Source of the DNA: an uncultured Chloroflexia bacterium
GTDB taxonomy: Bacteria > Chloroflexota > Limnocylindria > Limnocylindrales > CSP1-4
Length of the DNA: 64,000 bases
NCBI GenBank assembly: GCA_963720755.1
Contig: CAVRGP010000011.1
Location: forward strand, 448,001-512,000
Direction: 5' to 3'
Shown: positions 30,708 through 41,321 of the stretch, piece after piece
How the letters are laid out: each line of letters starts with the position of its first letter
Position numbering within the stretch: the stretch's first letter is position 1
Made by a program: the position numbers and the translations under genes
Notes under the pieces: model-generated
Seen by the model: only the letters and a program-made list of their open reading frames with translations
The model's database searches: none
What the model was told of the DNA's origin: nothing

Positions 30708-31576
30708 CCCGCGTGGCCGCCGCCGAGTCTGCTTCGCTGGGCACGAACGAGACCTACGGCGCCCACAGGATCGCGGCGGCCTTCACCCGGGCCCGCGATG
30801 AGGGTCGCGCTGCGCTCATCCCGTACGTCGTGGCCGGCTACCCCGATGCCGACACGAGCTTCGAGATCGCGCTCACGGCAGCCGACGCCGGCGCCGACCT
30901 GCTCGAAGTGGGTCTCCCGTATTCGGACCCGCTGGCCGACGGTGCGACGCTCCAGCGGGCGTCCGGGATCGCACTCGGGGCCGGCGCCACGCTCGAGCGA
31001 TCGCTCCGGCTCATCGAACGGATCGGAGCGGCCCGGCCAGATCTCCCCCTCGTCCCGATGGGCTATGCCAACCAGGTCATCGGCGGTGGTGACGGTGCGG
31101 CGGTGGCCAGGCGGCTGGCTGGAGCCGGAGCGGCCGGGCTGATCGTCGCCGATCTGACGCCGGACGAAGGCGCACCGTTCGAGGGTGTCGCCCGCGAGTC
31201 CGGGCTCGCTGTCGTCTACCTCGTCGCGCCGACGACCTCGCCCACCCGACGCGCAGCCGTGGCCGCGCGAAGTGGCGGGTTCCTGTATTGCGTGTCGCTG
31301 GTGGGGACCACCGGTGCGCGAACGGCGCTGCCTGCCAGCATCGGCCGGCTGGTCCGCGATGTCCGGGCGAGTTCACCGATCCCGGTCGCGGTCGGGTTCG
31401 GCGTGAGTCGGCCGTCTCACGTCCGCGCGATCGCCCGGGCCGGGGCGGACGGGATCATCGTTGCCTCGGCACTCGTCGACGCCCTCGGTCCGGATGGCCG
31501 GGATATCGGGGCGCTGGCCCGCCTCGTCGCGGGCCTTCGCGCGGCGACGGCGATGCCGGGTACGATCAAGACATGA
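30704..31576 (+). CDS. trpA: tryptophan synthase alpha subunit
   Basis: LEVGLPYSDPLADG, LVAPTT, GTTG, VGFGVS, ADGIIVAS. Confidence 0.96.
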   Translation: MTRVAAAESASLGTNETYGAHRIAAAFTRARDEGRAALIPYVVAGYPDADTSFEIALTAADAGADLLEVGLPYSDPLADGATLQRASGIALGAGATLERSLRLIERIGAARPDLPLVPMGYANQVIGGGDGAAVARRLAGAGAAGLIVADLTPDEGAPFEGVARESGLAVVYLVAPTTSPTRRAAVAARSGGFLYCVSLVGTTGARTALPASIGRLVRDVRASSPIPVAVGFGVSRPSHVRAIARAGADGIIVASALVDALGPDGRDIGALARLVAGLRAATAMPGTIKT

Positions 31577-32178
31577 GCACATTCGACGATCGCGCCCGCG
31601 ACTGGGACGACACGGAAAAAGTCGAACGGGCGGCAGCCGTCGCCGCGGCCATCCGGCGTGCCGTGCCCCTCGATCGCACGATGCGCACGATCGACCTCGG
31701 TGCCGGGACAGGGCTGCTCGGCCTCGCACTCGCCGATGACGTCGGCGAACTGGTGCTGGCCGATCCATCCGAAGGCATGCTGGCCGTGGCGCGAGACAAG
31801 CTGGCCGCGAGCGCTCGACCGGCGACCTCGGCGGTCCGGCTGGACCTGGTGGCGGATCCGCCGCCGGGTGAGCCATTCGATCTGGCCGTGTCGCTGCTCG
31901 TCCTGCACCACATCGCCGATACCTCGGCCGGGCTCATGGCGGTCCACGGCCTGTTACGACCGGTGGCTCGGATGGCGCTGGCGGACCTCGACACCGAGGC
32001 GGGCACCTTCCACGATCCGGATGCCGAAGGGATCCATCACCGTGGCTTCGAACGTGCCGCCATCGCCGGGCTGGCGCGCGACGCCGGTTTCGCCGACGTG
32101 GCTGTCACGACGGCCACCGAGATCACCCGGGATGGTGTGACCTATCCGCTCTTCCTCCTCCTCGGTCGCAAGCCGTGA
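31573..32178 (+). CDS. class I SAM-dependent methyltransferase
   Basis: FDDRARDWD, IDLGAGTG, LVLHHI. Confidence 0.88.
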   Translation: MSTFDDRARDWDDTEKVERAAAVAAAIRRAVPLDRTMRTIDLGAGTGLLGLALADDVGELVLADPSEGMLAVARDKLAASARPATSAVRLDLVADPPPGEPFDLAVSLLVLHHIADTSAGLMAVHGLLRPVARMALADLDTEAGTFHDPDAEGIHHRGFERAAIAGLARDAGFADVAVTTATEITRDGVTYPLFLLLGRKP

Positions 32179-32837
32179 GTCACTCGGGCGACGTCATCGC
32201 CGTCTCGATCGAGACGGGGTCCAAGAAGGTCTTCGCCCGGGCCATCGACTGGCCGGGATGGGCCCGATCGGGCAAGAGCGAGACCCTGGCTCTGTCGGCG
32301 CTGGCGGCGTACGCACCTCGCTATGGGGTGGTGGCGTCGTCGGCCGGGGAACCGTTCGATCCGACCACCTACGACGTCGTCGAACGATCGTCCGGCGGCA
32401 CCAGCACCGACTTCGGCGTGCCTTCGGCGATCACGGACGTCGACCGGCGGCCGATCGCGGACGATGAAGCCGCCCGCCGGGCAGCGGTCGTCGCCGCCGC
32501 CTGGGCCGAATTCGATCGCGTCGCCGCCACGGCACCCGTCGAGCTGCGGAAAGGACCGCGCGGCGGCGGGCGGGATCGGGACAAGATGATCGGACACGTG
32601 ATCGGAGCGGACCACGCGTACGCACGTGAGATCGGCCATCGCGGACCGGAACCGGATCCCCACGATGTTCCCGCGGTCGCCGCCGAGCGCGCCGCGGTCC
32701 TGGCGATCCTTCGCCGGCCGTCCGACGGATCCGCCCTGGACGGCCGCAGATGGACGACGCGCTATGCCGCGGCGCGGATCGCCTGGCACGCCCTCGACCA
32801 CGCCTGGGAGATGGAAGACCGGTCCGACCCGGGCTGA
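32175..32837 (+). CDS. hypothetical protein (HicB-like N-terminus, DinB-like C-terminus)
   Basis: FARAIDWPGWARSGK N-terminus; C-terminal RIAWHALDHAWEMED His motif. Confidence 0.7.
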   Translation: MSHSGDVIAVSIETGSKKVFARAIDWPGWARSGKSETLALSALAAYAPRYGVVASSAGEPFDPTTYDVVERSSGGTSTDFGVPSAITDVDRRPIADDEAARRAAVVAAAWAEFDRVAATAPVELRKGPRGGGRDRDKMIGHVIGADHAYAREIGHRGPEPDPHDVPAVAAERAAVLAILRRPSDGSALDGRRWTTRYAAARIAWHALDHAWEMEDRSDPG

Positions 32838-32852
32838 CGTTCCGACCCTGGG

Positions 32853-33677
32853 TCAGGGCGGTCCGGACCAGCCGATCGCCTCGGCCGCGCTCGCGACGAT
32901 CTCGGCGGCCGAGCGACCCGCGGCTCGAAGATCGCGGACCGAGGTGTCCCCGTCCGCCTTCGACAACTTGCGGCCATCAGCGCGTCGGACAAGTCGATGG
33001 TGGGCGAAGGTCGGCGGCCGTGCCCGGCCGAGCAGGCGGCCGAGCCGGATCTGTTCTCCCGTCGCACTCAGCAGGTCCCGTCCGCGGACGACCAGATCGA
33101 TCTCGCCAAGCTGGTCGTCGACGACGACGGACAGCAGATAGGTCCAATTCCGTGCCCGGTCACGGATGGCTGGATCGCCGTGCGCACCGACCTCGGCCAC
33201 ACAGGGCCCGACGAGTGCGTCCATCCACGCCTCGGAGCCTCCGCCGAGGGCGACCCGCAGCGTCGGGCCAGGGACTGCGCGATCGCGACAGGAGCCCGGA
33301 CAGCCGGGACCGCTCCAGGCGCGTCCGCGTTCCTGTGCCCAGTGTTCGATGGTGGTCCGCGAACAGTCGCAGCCGTAGACGACACCTTGTTCATCGAGTC
33401 GTGCCAGGGCGGCCGCATAGGGTGCGTCGTCGTCGCTCTGGCGGACCGGGCCCGCATCGGGAACGAACCCCAGCCAGGCGATGTCGTCGAGGACGGCGGC
33501 ATCGTACTCGGGGCGGCAGCGCTGCCGGTCGTGGTCCTCGATCCGGAGCAGCACGTGGCCCGTCGCCGCCCGCGCCATCGCCCAGACCGCGACGGCGTTG
33601 GCGACGTGGCCGAGGTGCAGGTAGCCGGTCGGGGCCGGGGCGAACCGGGTCCGTGCGCCGGGCTCGACGACGCTCAA
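32853..33677 (-). CDS. gluQ: glutamyl-Q tRNA(Asp) synthetase (GluRS catalytic-domain paralog)
   Basis: RFAPAPTGYLHLGH, LRIED, VVRGRDL, KLSK; no anticodon-binding domain. Confidence 0.85.
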   Translation of the reverse strand: MSVVEPGARTRFAPAPTGYLHLGHVANAVAVWAMARAATGHVLLRIEDHDRQRCRPEYDAAVLDDIAWLGFVPDAGPVRQSDDDAPYAAALARLDEQGVVYGCDCSRTTIEHWAQERGRAWSGPGCPGSCRDRAVPGPTLRVALGGGSEAWMDALVGPCVAEVGAHGDPAIRDRARNWTYLLSVVVDDQLGEIDLVVRGRDLLSATGEQIRLGRLLGRARPPTFAHHRLVRRADGRKLSKADGDTSVRDLRAAGRSAAEIVASAAEAIGWSGPP

Positions 33678-35278
33678 GGCTCGGGCGACGACAGCGCCGA
33701 GGGCGTCGGGACCGAGGAATAGACGAACGTCGGCACGACGCGCAGGTCAAGGGCGACCGCCGTCCCCATGGCCTCGTCCAGCGCGGCCTGGAGGTCGGCA
33801 GGATCGGGCGGCCGGTCGGGACCCGCGACCGCGACATCGACCTGGCCGTCGATCACGTCGAGCGTCACGATCGTGAACCCCGGGACCGGCGCCAGCCATT
33901 CCTCGACGATCCCGGTCACGAGTTGGGTCTCGTTCGCGACGATGATCGCCTGGCGTCCGCCGACCGTCAGCGGGATCAGCAGCAGGATGCCTGCCACCGC
34001 GAACGTCGCGAACCAACCCTGGGTGCGCTCGGCATTCTGGGCCAGGCGCCCGATCGGGACGACGCCGACCAGGACGAAGACGACGGACGCGGCGACGACG
34101 ATCGACACGAAGTTGGTGATGAACAGCAACATCGCTCCGCTCGCGAGCGACCAATCGTTGTGGCTGATCAGGATCCCGGCGGTCGCCAGTGGCGGGACGA
34201 GGGCGATCGCGATGGCGACTCCCGGCAGCGAGTCGGCGACCTTGCTGTTCGAGGCGGCATAGGCTCCGGCCGCCCCCGCGGCGAGGGCGACGACGAGATC
34301 GAGGATGTTCGGCGATGTCCTCGCGAGGATCTCACTGTTCGCGATGACCGACGGGGCGCTGCCGAGCCATGCTCCCATCACGAACCCGATGACCACCGTC
34401 AGGCCGATCCCCAGGATCGACACCATCAGGCAGCGAACGGTCCGGGATGGCAGGCCCGTCACGATCCCGACGGCGATGCCGACGATCGGTCCCATGAGCG
34501 GCGCGATGATCATCGCTCCGATGATGCTTGCGACCGAGTTCCCGATCAGCCCGGCGCTGGCGATGACCGAGGCAAGGATGAGCAGGATGGAGAACCGCGC
34601 CAACCGCTCGCCATCGGCCGGATCGTAGTCGTACGCGGTCAGGATCTGGTCGCGGAAGTCGTCGCCGATGTCCCGCCGGCTGAGCCACCCACTGATCACG
34701 TCGGCCACGCCGTGCGGCGGGCTCGGGTCGTCCGGCTGCGTGCGGTCGGCCTGGCCGGATCCGACGATCTCGATCGTGCCGATCGCGATCCACCCGACGG
34801 CGGCCACCAGGAGGACGATCCCGAGCGCCACAGCGGGGACGACGACGAGGACGAGGGCGACGGCGGTGGCGAGTGCGGCCCGGATGGCCCGGATCCGTCG
34901 CGTGCCCGGGACGGTCGCATGCCAGCTGGCCCAGCCATCCACCACGGCCAAGCCGGCGAGGGTGACCGCCAGGACCTGCGTCTCGAGCGTGGACCCGCCA
35001 CGAGAGGAGGCGAGGAGCGCGACGCCCACACCGACCCCGGTCACGGCCCAGATCCCGCGGCGCCGATGGCCGCGGACGGTCCGCGACGGATCGTCCGGTG
35101 CCTGCGGGATGGCGAGTTCCAGGAGGCTCGCGATGATCAGCGCGATACCCAGGATCAGCGGCGCCGCCTCGGGCCGGAGCAGCGACAGCGTCCCGGCCAC
35201 GATCCCGATCCCGCCACGGATCCTGACGACGGATCGCCGGCGGACCACCGTGGGATCGTCGTCAGGCCTCTGGGTCAC
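33674..35278 (-). CDS. DUF389/TIGR00341-type membrane protein with extra N-terminal TM domain
   Basis: IIGAMIIAPLMGPI, EILARTSP, LPGVAIAIALVPPL. Confidence 0.85.
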   Translation of the reverse strand: MTQRPDDDPTVVRRRSVVRIRGGIGIVAGTLSLLRPEAAPLILGIALIIASLLELAIPQAPDDPSRTVRGHRRRGIWAVTGVGVGVALLASSRGGSTLETQVLAVTLAGLAVVDGWASWHATVPGTRRIRAIRAALATAVALVLVVVPAVALGIVLLVAAVGWIAIGTIEIVGSGQADRTQPDDPSPPHGVADVISGWLSRRDIGDDFRDQILTAYDYDPADGERLARFSILLILASVIASAGLIGNSVASIIGAMIIAPLMGPIVGIAVGIVTGLPSRTVRCLMVSILGIGLTVVIGFVMGAWLGSAPSVIANSEILARTSPNILDLVVALAAGAAGAYAASNSKVADSLPGVAIAIALVPPLATAGILISHNDWSLASGAMLLFITNFVSIVVAASVVFVLVGVVPIGRLAQNAERTQGWFATFAVAGILLLIPLTVGGRQAIIVANETQLVTGIVEEWLAPVPGFTIVTLDVIDGQVDVAVAGPDRPPDPADLQAALDEAMGTAVALDLRVVPTFVYSSVPTPSALSSPEP

Positions 35279-35588
35279 CGCCTGCCTCCTCCGGATCGTG
35301 GCGGTCGACGCGTTCGACGGCCCGGGTCGCGGCGATCAGTCGCCGATACAGCGCAAGGAGGTCGGCCTGGGGTAGTGGCCCCTCGTTGGCGATCGTGACC
35401 CGGAGGAGCACCTCGCGCTCGCGTTCACGGTCGCGGATGGCCCGCCAGCCGCTGGCGGACTTCTCGCGTCCGACCAGGCGGGCGAGCTCCGTTCGTTCGT
35501 TGAGCAGTTCGACGATCCGACGATCAAGCGCGTCGATCCGATGTCGGAGCCGGCGCAGTTCTGCCGTTTCGATCGGCTTGTCAGGCAT
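35262..35588 (-). CDS. chorismate mutase (AroQ class)
   Basis: LRHRIDALDRRIVELLNER...K...IRDREREREV. Confidence 0.9.
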   Translation of the reverse strand: MPDKPIETAELRRLRHRIDALDRRIVELLNERTELARLVGREKSASGWRAIRDREREREVLLRVTIANEGPLPQADLLALYRRLIAATRAVERVDRHDPEEAGGDPEA

Positions 35589-36021
35589 CGTCGTCCTTGG
35601 CTCGCCGAGCGACCGTCTCGAGGGCGAGGATGTAGCCGGTCGGGCCCTGACCGACGATCAATTCCAGGGCGATGTCGGACAGGAAGTTGACCTGGCGGAA
35701 CGGTTCCCGCTTTGCCGGGTCGGACAGGTGGACCTCGATGAACGGGCGCTCGACGGCAAGGAGGGCGTCGCGGAGCGCCACGCTCGTGTGCGTCAACCCG
35801 CCGGCGTTGACGATCGCGATGTCGAAATCGCGCCGGTGCAGCCGATCGATGAGCGCACCCTCGTGGTTGGACTGGAAGAAGTCGAGGATCAAGCCGAGAT
35901 CGATGGCTCGAACGGCCATCGCATCGTGGATGTCCTCGAGCGATCGGCGACCGTAGATATCCGGTTCGCGGGTCCCGACGAGGTTGAGATTGGGGCCTTG
36001 GAGGACGAGGACGGTCGTCAT
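35581..36021 (-). CDS. aroQ: type II 3-dehydroquinate dehydratase
   Basis: QGPNLNLVGTREPDIYG, FQSNHEG, THTSVALRDA, IEVHLS. Confidence 0.95.
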   Translation of the reverse strand: MTTVLVLQGPNLNLVGTREPDIYGRRSLEDIHDAMAVRAIDLGLILDFFQSNHEGALIDRLHRRDFDIAIVNAGGLTHTSVALRDALLAVERPFIEVHLSDPAKREPFRQVNFLSDIALELIVGQGPTGYILALETVARRAKDDDA

Positions 36022-37673
36022 CGGGCGTTCGCCACGGGGTCGACCAGCTGGCTCGCGGCGGCCCGTGCGACGACGGCAGGATCGATGTCGTCGCGAACGA
36101 CCACCCCGTCGCCGGTCGGCAACACCCATCGCTGTCGACCGGCGACACGCTTCTTGTCGGCAGCGAGATGGTCCATGACCGCGGTGAGCGGATAGGGGAG
36201 TGGGTCGCTCGGCAGGCCGCATGCATCGAGCAGGCGTTCGATGCGCTGCGCCCGCTCCGCCGGCGTCACGCCGACCTCGAGTCCGATCCCGATCGCCGCG
36301 CGAAGACCGTACGCGACCGCCTCGCCGTGGAGCAGGTCGCCATACCCGGCAGCGGCCTCGTAGGCGTGGCCGAGGGAGTGCCCAAGGTTCAGGGTGATCC
36401 GGCCACCGCTCGGGCCGCGCTCTCGCTCATCCGCCACCACGACCTCCACCTTTGCCCAACTGGCTCGCTCGACGACTTCGGCGAGGACACCTCGCTCGAA
36501 CACACCCGGGTCGGAACGGGCGATGGCCGGCCCCTCCGCTTCGAGGAGCTCGAACAGGCGCGGATCGCCGAGTACCGCCATCTTGATCGCCTCGCCGAGC
36601 GCAGCCCGGAGCTGGCGCTCGGGCAGCGTCTCGAGGACGTGGAGGTCGATGACGATCGCAGCCGGCTGATGGAAAGCCCCGATGAGGTTCTTGCCGTCGG
36701 GCAGGTCCACGCCGGTCTTGCCTCCGATCGACGAATCGATCTGGGCGACGAGGGTCGTCGGGACCTGGATGTAGCGGATGCCGCGCAGGTAGGTCGCGGC
36801 CAGGAACCCGGCGGTGTCGCCGAGGGCGCCACCCCCGACGGCCACGATCACGTCGCTGCGCTCGATGCGGTTTCGGGCCAGCTCCCGGGCGGCCGTCTCG
36901 ATCACCGTGAGGCGCTTGGCGTCCTCACCCTGCGGGATCAGGATCTCGACGACCTCGATGCCCCGCCCGCGAAGCCCATCCGCAAGCTCCTGGCCATGGG
37001 CGGCCCACGCGCCGGGCTCGCTGACAACTGTCGCCCGTCGCGTGCCGAGGCGGGTCAGTTCCCCGGCGATGGCATCGGGCGCGATGCGATCGCCGATGAC
37101 GAGTCGTCCGATCGAGGTGTCCGCCCGGAGCAGGGTCGTCGCCCCGGACCCACCGTCGAAGCCCACCAGCCGGCCGTCGACGGCATCCACGACCGCGTGG
37201 ACGTCTGACACCCCGGACTGGTGGATATCCGCGGCGGCGTAGAAACGCTCTCGCTGGACGGCCAGCTCGCGGATCGCGCCGATCGGGTCGCGTCCCGTCA
37301 CGAGCGGTCGGACGTGCGGGGATCGACGCAGGCGCTGGGCCAGGACCTCCGGCCGGCCGTCCAGCCAGACCGATCGCCGCCCACCAAAGAGCATCCATCG
37401 ATTCTCGGGATCGACCACCGCGCCTCCGCCGGTCGAGATGACCCGACCGATCGCCGTCGCCGGGTCCGCTGGTCCGAGATCGGCGATCGCGGCTCGTTCC
37501 AGGGCGCGGAACGCAGCTTCGCCATCGTCCTCGAAGATAGCCGGGATCGTCCGACCGGCGGTCGCCTCGATCCGCTCGTCGAGATCGACGAATGCCGCTC
37601 CGTGTCGTCCGGCCAGCCGCCGGCCGACGACGCTCTTGCCGCTCCCGGGCAGACCGACCATCACCACGTCCAT
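36018..37673 (-). CDS. aroKB: bifunctional shikimate kinase / 3-dehydroquinate synthase
   Basis: GLPGSGKS and STGGG (AroK); VGGGALGD, PTTLVAQIDSSIGGKTG, LNLGHSLGHA (AroB). Confidence 0.94.
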   Translation of the reverse strand: MDVVMVGLPGSGKSVVGRRLAGRHGAAFVDLDERIEATAGRTIPAIFEDDGEAAFRALERAAIADLGPADPATAIGRVISTGGGAVVDPENRWMLFGGRRSVWLDGRPEVLAQRLRRSPHVRPLVTGRDPIGAIRELAVQRERFYAAADIHQSGVSDVHAVVDAVDGRLVGFDGGSGATTLLRADTSIGRLVIGDRIAPDAIAGELTRLGTRRATVVSEPGAWAAHGQELADGLRGRGIEVVEILIPQGEDAKRLTVIETAARELARNRIERSDVIVAVGGGALGDTAGFLAATYLRGIRYIQVPTTLVAQIDSSIGGKTGVDLPDGKNLIGAFHQPAAIVIDLHVLETLPERQLRAALGEAIKMAVLGDPRLFELLEAEGPAIARSDPGVFERGVLAEVVERASWAKVEVVVADERERGPSGGRITLNLGHSLGHAYEAAAGYGDLLHGEAVAYGLRAAIGIGLEVGVTPAERAQRIERLLDACGLPSDPLPYPLTAVMDHLAADKKRVAGRQRWVLPTGDGVVVRDDIDPAVVARAAASQLVDPVANAR

Positions 37674-37681
37674 CCGCGGTC

Positions 37682-39001
37682 TCAGTCGTCGCCGCCGGAT
37701 CCGGCCTCGTCGGTGCCGGTCAGGCCATGGATCATGGAGGCATCCGATTGCGCACCCGCGGGACCCCGCCGCCCGCCCGCGACCGGCGCCTCCGGTGGCT
37801 GTGCGATGCGCGCCCGGTAGCTGGCCAACCCGGTTCGCACGTCGTCGATCGTGTCGCCACCGAACTTCTCGAGGATGGCCGCCGCCAGGGTCAACATCAC
37901 CATGGCCTCGGCGACGACACCGGCGGCCGGCACGACGCTGATGTCGCTCCGCTCGTAGTGCGCCTTGTCGACGGCTTCACCGGTGATGAGATCGGCCGAC
38001 GGGAGCGGTTTGGCCAGCGTGGAGATCGGCTTGACCGCGCCCCGAACGACGAGGGGCTCGCCGTTGGTGACGCCGCCGGTGAGGCCACCAGCGTTGTTCG
38101 ACCGGTGGATCCAGCGACCGTCGGACTCGCGGCCCTCGATGACGTCGTGGACGCTCGAGCCGAACCGGCGCGTCTGTTCGAATCCGAGGCCGAACTCGAC
38201 CCCCTTCACGATGTTGATGCTCATGACCGCGGCCGCCAGCGCGCCATCCAGACGTCGATCCCAGTGGACGTAGGATCCGAGTCCGATCGGCAGGCCGTGC
38301 ACGACGACTTCGAAGACGCCACCGACCGAGTCGCCGGAGGATCGCGCCTCGTCGATCCGGGCGATCATCGCGGCCTCGGCTTCCGGGTCGGGGCAGCGCA
38401 GCGGCGATTCGTCGGCCGCGTCCCGTGACCGCGTGCACCGATCCGGATCGACCGCGACGCCACCGACCTCAGCGGTGAACGACCAGGTCTCGATCCCGAG
38501 TTCACGCAGGAAGGCCCGCGCGACGCCGCCAGCCGCCACCCGGGCGGCCGTCTCTCGGGCGGACGCCCGTTCGAGGACGTTCCGGACGTCATTGAAGCCG
38601 TACTTGAGGGCGCCGGCGAGGTCGGCGTGGCCGGGCCGGACTCGGGTCACCGGGGTCGCCCGCTTGTTCCCCTCGACGGACGCCGCGTGGAGGGCCGCCG
38701 CCGCTTCGTCGTCGAGCGGCTCGACGGACATGACCTGGGTCCAGTTCTCCCAGTCCCGATTGCGGACCACGAGCAGGATCGGCGAGCCGAGCGTCAGCCC
38801 GTGACGGACGCCGGCGAGGATCTCGGCGCGATCCTGCTCGATCGTCTGGCGAGCCCCGCGTCCATACCCGCGTTGTCGGCGAGCGAGGTCGATGGCGATC
38901 CCGTCGGCACTGATGGCAAGACCAGCCGGGACACCCTCGATCGTCACCCCGAGGGCAGGGCCGTGCGACTCGCCGGCGGTCAGGAATCGGAAGGCGCCCA
39001 T
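37682..39001 (-). CDS. aroC: chorismate synthase
   Basis: TAGESHG, RPGHAD, ERASARETA, KPIST, ERSD. Confidence 0.96.
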   Translation of the reverse strand: MGAFRFLTAGESHGPALGVTIEGVPAGLAISADGIAIDLARRQRGYGRGARQTIEQDRAEILAGVRHGLTLGSPILLVVRNRDWENWTQVMSVEPLDDEAAAALHAASVEGNKRATPVTRVRPGHADLAGALKYGFNDVRNVLERASARETAARVAAGGVARAFLRELGIETWSFTAEVGGVAVDPDRCTRSRDAADESPLRCPDPEAEAAMIARIDEARSSGDSVGGVFEVVVHGLPIGLGSYVHWDRRLDGALAAAVMSINIVKGVEFGLGFEQTRRFGSSVHDVIEGRESDGRWIHRSNNAGGLTGGVTNGEPLVVRGAVKPISTLAKPLPSADLITGEAVDKAHYERSDISVVPAAGVVAEAMVMLTLAAAILEKFGGDTIDDVRTGLASYRARIAQPPEAPVAGGRRGPAGAQSDASMIHGLTGTDEAGSGGDD

Positions 39002-39044
39002 CGTCGGTCCGTCGGGTCCGCTGGTCGGTCCGGGTCCCGGTCGG

Positions 39045-39956
39045 TCAGTCGACGGCGCCGGCGGCCGAGGCGACATCGTCCGCCTCGACGCCCGTCGCTT
39101 CGCCTTCGGCAGAACGGAGCCCGTCCGCCCTGGCCGCCGCCAATCGTTCCTGCATCAGGTCGAGTGGCGCCGGTTGCCCGGTCCACAGGCTGAACGCAGC
39201 CGCGCCCTGGTGGAGGAGCATCAACTCACCGTCGGCGACCGACGCGCCGGCCGCCGCCGCGTCACGGAGCAACGTCGTTCGGGCGTAGATGAGGTCAAGC
39301 ACGAGCAGGTCCGCATGGAGCACCTCGGCCGGGACGGGGCTTTCGGAATCCGTGAGCCCGATGGACGTCGCATTGACCAGCACCCGCGTCTTGGCCAGCT
39401 CGGATTCGATGATGGACTCGTGCCAGGGCATGGCTCGCAGTTCCATGTGCGCGGCGCTCCGCCCGAAATGCTTGACCAGGCCCTCGGCGCGATGGAGATG
39501 CCGATTGAACACGACGATCCGCTGGAAGCCCTCGGTGATCAGCCCGTAGACGACCGCGCGGGCGCCCCCGCCGGCGCCGAGGACGACCGCCTGTCGCGGC
39601 ATCTTCTGCTTGCCGACGAGTCGATCGAGCGCGAACTTGAAGCCGGGCACGTCGGTGTTGTGGCCGATCAGGCGCTTGCCCTCACGGGTGATCGTATTGA
39701 CCGCCCCGGTGACGTGGGCCTCGTCGGTCGAGCGGTCGATCATCGGGACCACTCGTTCCTTGTGGGGGATCGTGACGTTGGCACCGAGGAAGTCGTCGCC
39801 GCGGAGGCTGTCGATGGCCTCCGGGAGGTCCATCGGCGACCGATCCCACAGTTCGTACGTGGCATCGATCCCGGCCGCGTCGAAGGCCGCTTGCTGCATC
39901 GCGCCCGACAGAGAATGGGCGACCGGGTGCCCGATGAGGACCACGCGCTTCGTCAT
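39045..39956 (-). CDS. aroE: shikimate dehydrogenase
   Basis: GHPVAHSLS, NVTIPHK, GAVNT, NTD, LGAGGGARA, NATSIG. Confidence 0.95.
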   Translation of the reverse strand: MTKRVVLIGHPVAHSLSGAMQQAAFDAAGIDATYELWDRSPMDLPEAIDSLRGDDFLGANVTIPHKERVVPMIDRSTDEAHVTGAVNTITREGKRLIGHNTDVPGFKFALDRLVGKQKMPRQAVVLGAGGGARAVVYGLITEGFQRIVVFNRHLHRAEGLVKHFGRSAAHMELRAMPWHESIIESELAKTRVLVNATSIGLTDSESPVPAEVLHADLLVLDLIYARTTLLRDAAAAGASVADGELMLLHQGAAAFSLWTGQPAPLDLMQERLAAARADGLRSAEGEATGVEADDVASAAGAVD

Positions 39957-41317
39957 GCTCGTACCCTTTCGAGGTCATCGAAGAATCCTGGATAAGAGAT
40001 CGTGGCGGCGTCGGGCCGCTCGATGGCCGTCTCGCCTGCTGCGGCCAACCCGGCGATGGCGAAGGTCATGACGAGCCGGTGGTCGTCGAGACCGTCAGTC
40101 GCGGCTCCGTGAAGCGTCTTGCCGCCGATGATCCGGAGGTCGTCGCCGTCGATGTCCACCCTGGCTCCCATCGCCCGCAATCCGGCGGCGGTGCCCGTCA
40201 TCCGATCGGATTCCTTGTGACGGAGTTCGCCCGCGCCTCGGATGACCGTGGTCCCGGTCGCGGCGGTCGCCGCGAGGCACAGGATCGGGATCTCGTCGAT
40301 CGCGGCGGCGACGTCGACCGGGCTCAGATCGATCGCGTGGAGCGACGAGGAACGGACGATCAGGTCGGCGATCGGTTCGCCCGCGCCGCGATCCGCTTCA
40401 TCCGCGCTCGCGTCCGTCGGCCGTTCTTCGATATCGGCACCCATCGAGCGGAGGAGATCGATGATCGCGCGTCGCGTCGGATTGACACCGACACCACGGA
40501 TCACGAACTCGGCGTCGGGGTGGATGGCTCCGGCAACGAGCCAGAACGCAGCGGCCGAGACGTCGCCCGGGACTCGTTCCGTCACCGCTTGCACCGGTAT
40601 CCCTCCTTGGACCGTCCAGCCCACCGAACCGTCGGTCGCATCGGTGCGATCGACCGGCACGCCCCTCGCCCGTAGCATCCGTTCGGTGTGATCCCGGGTC
40701 GCCACCGACTCATGAACCGTCGTCCGCCCCTCGGCTCGCAACCCGGCCAGCAGGATCGCCGACTTGACTTGCGCGCTCGGGACCGCGGTCGTGTGATCGA
40801 TCGCCCGGAGCGGGGAGTGGCCGACCACGGTCACTGGAGGGAGGGTGTCGCCTTGCCGGCCATGGAGGTCGGCGCCCATCGCACGGAGTGGCTCGATGAT
40901 ACGGGCGACCGGGCGCCGACGCAACGAATCGTCGCCGTCCAGGGTGGCCGTGACAGGCGATCCGGCGAGGACGCCGGCGAGCAGCCGAAGACTCGTCCCG
41001 GAATTCCCGCAATCGAGGACGGTCGTCGGCTGGGCCAACCCGGCGACACCCGCCGATTGGACGCGGTAGTCGACCGTCGAACCGCCGCCCGGCGACCGCT
41101 CCACCGTGACCCCGAGTGCGCGCAGGACGCTCGCGGTCGATCGCACGTCGGCTCCGTCGCCTGCGCCGTGGATCCGGCTTTCGCCGCTCGCCAGCGCGGC
41201 CAGGATGAGCGCCCGGTGGCTGATCGACTTGTCACCGGGCAGGCGCAGGTCGCCGCGCAGGCGACGGGCATGGCCGACCCGGGCCGCGGTCGGTCCGGTG
41301 GCAGACGAGGCGGTCAC
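39953..41317 (-). CDS. aroA: EPSP synthase
   Basis: PGDKSISHR, DCGNSGT, SAQVKSA, RDHTE, ELRHKESDR, DHR. Confidence 0.96.
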   Translation of the reverse strand: MTASSATGPTAARVGHARRLRGDLRLPGDKSISHRALILAALASGESRIHGAGDGADVRSTASVLRALGVTVERSPGGGSTVDYRVQSAGVAGLAQPTTVLDCGNSGTSLRLLAGVLAGSPVTATLDGDDSLRRRPVARIIEPLRAMGADLHGRQGDTLPPVTVVGHSPLRAIDHTTAVPSAQVKSAILLAGLRAEGRTTVHESVATRDHTERMLRARGVPVDRTDATDGSVGWTVQGGIPVQAVTERVPGDVSAAAFWLVAGAIHPDAEFVIRGVGVNPTRRAIIDLLRSMGADIEERPTDASADEADRGAGEPIADLIVRSSSLHAIDLSPVDVAAAIDEIPILCLAATAATGTTVIRGAGELRHKESDRMTGTAAGLRAMGARVDIDGDDLRIIGGKTLHGAATDGLDDHRLVMTFAIAGLAAAGETAIERPDAATISYPGFFDDLERVRA

Positions 41318-41321
41318 GGGG

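Noticed and set aside
36018-37673. AroK-AroB fusion as a novelty
   Set aside because: Well-known fusion in many bacteria.
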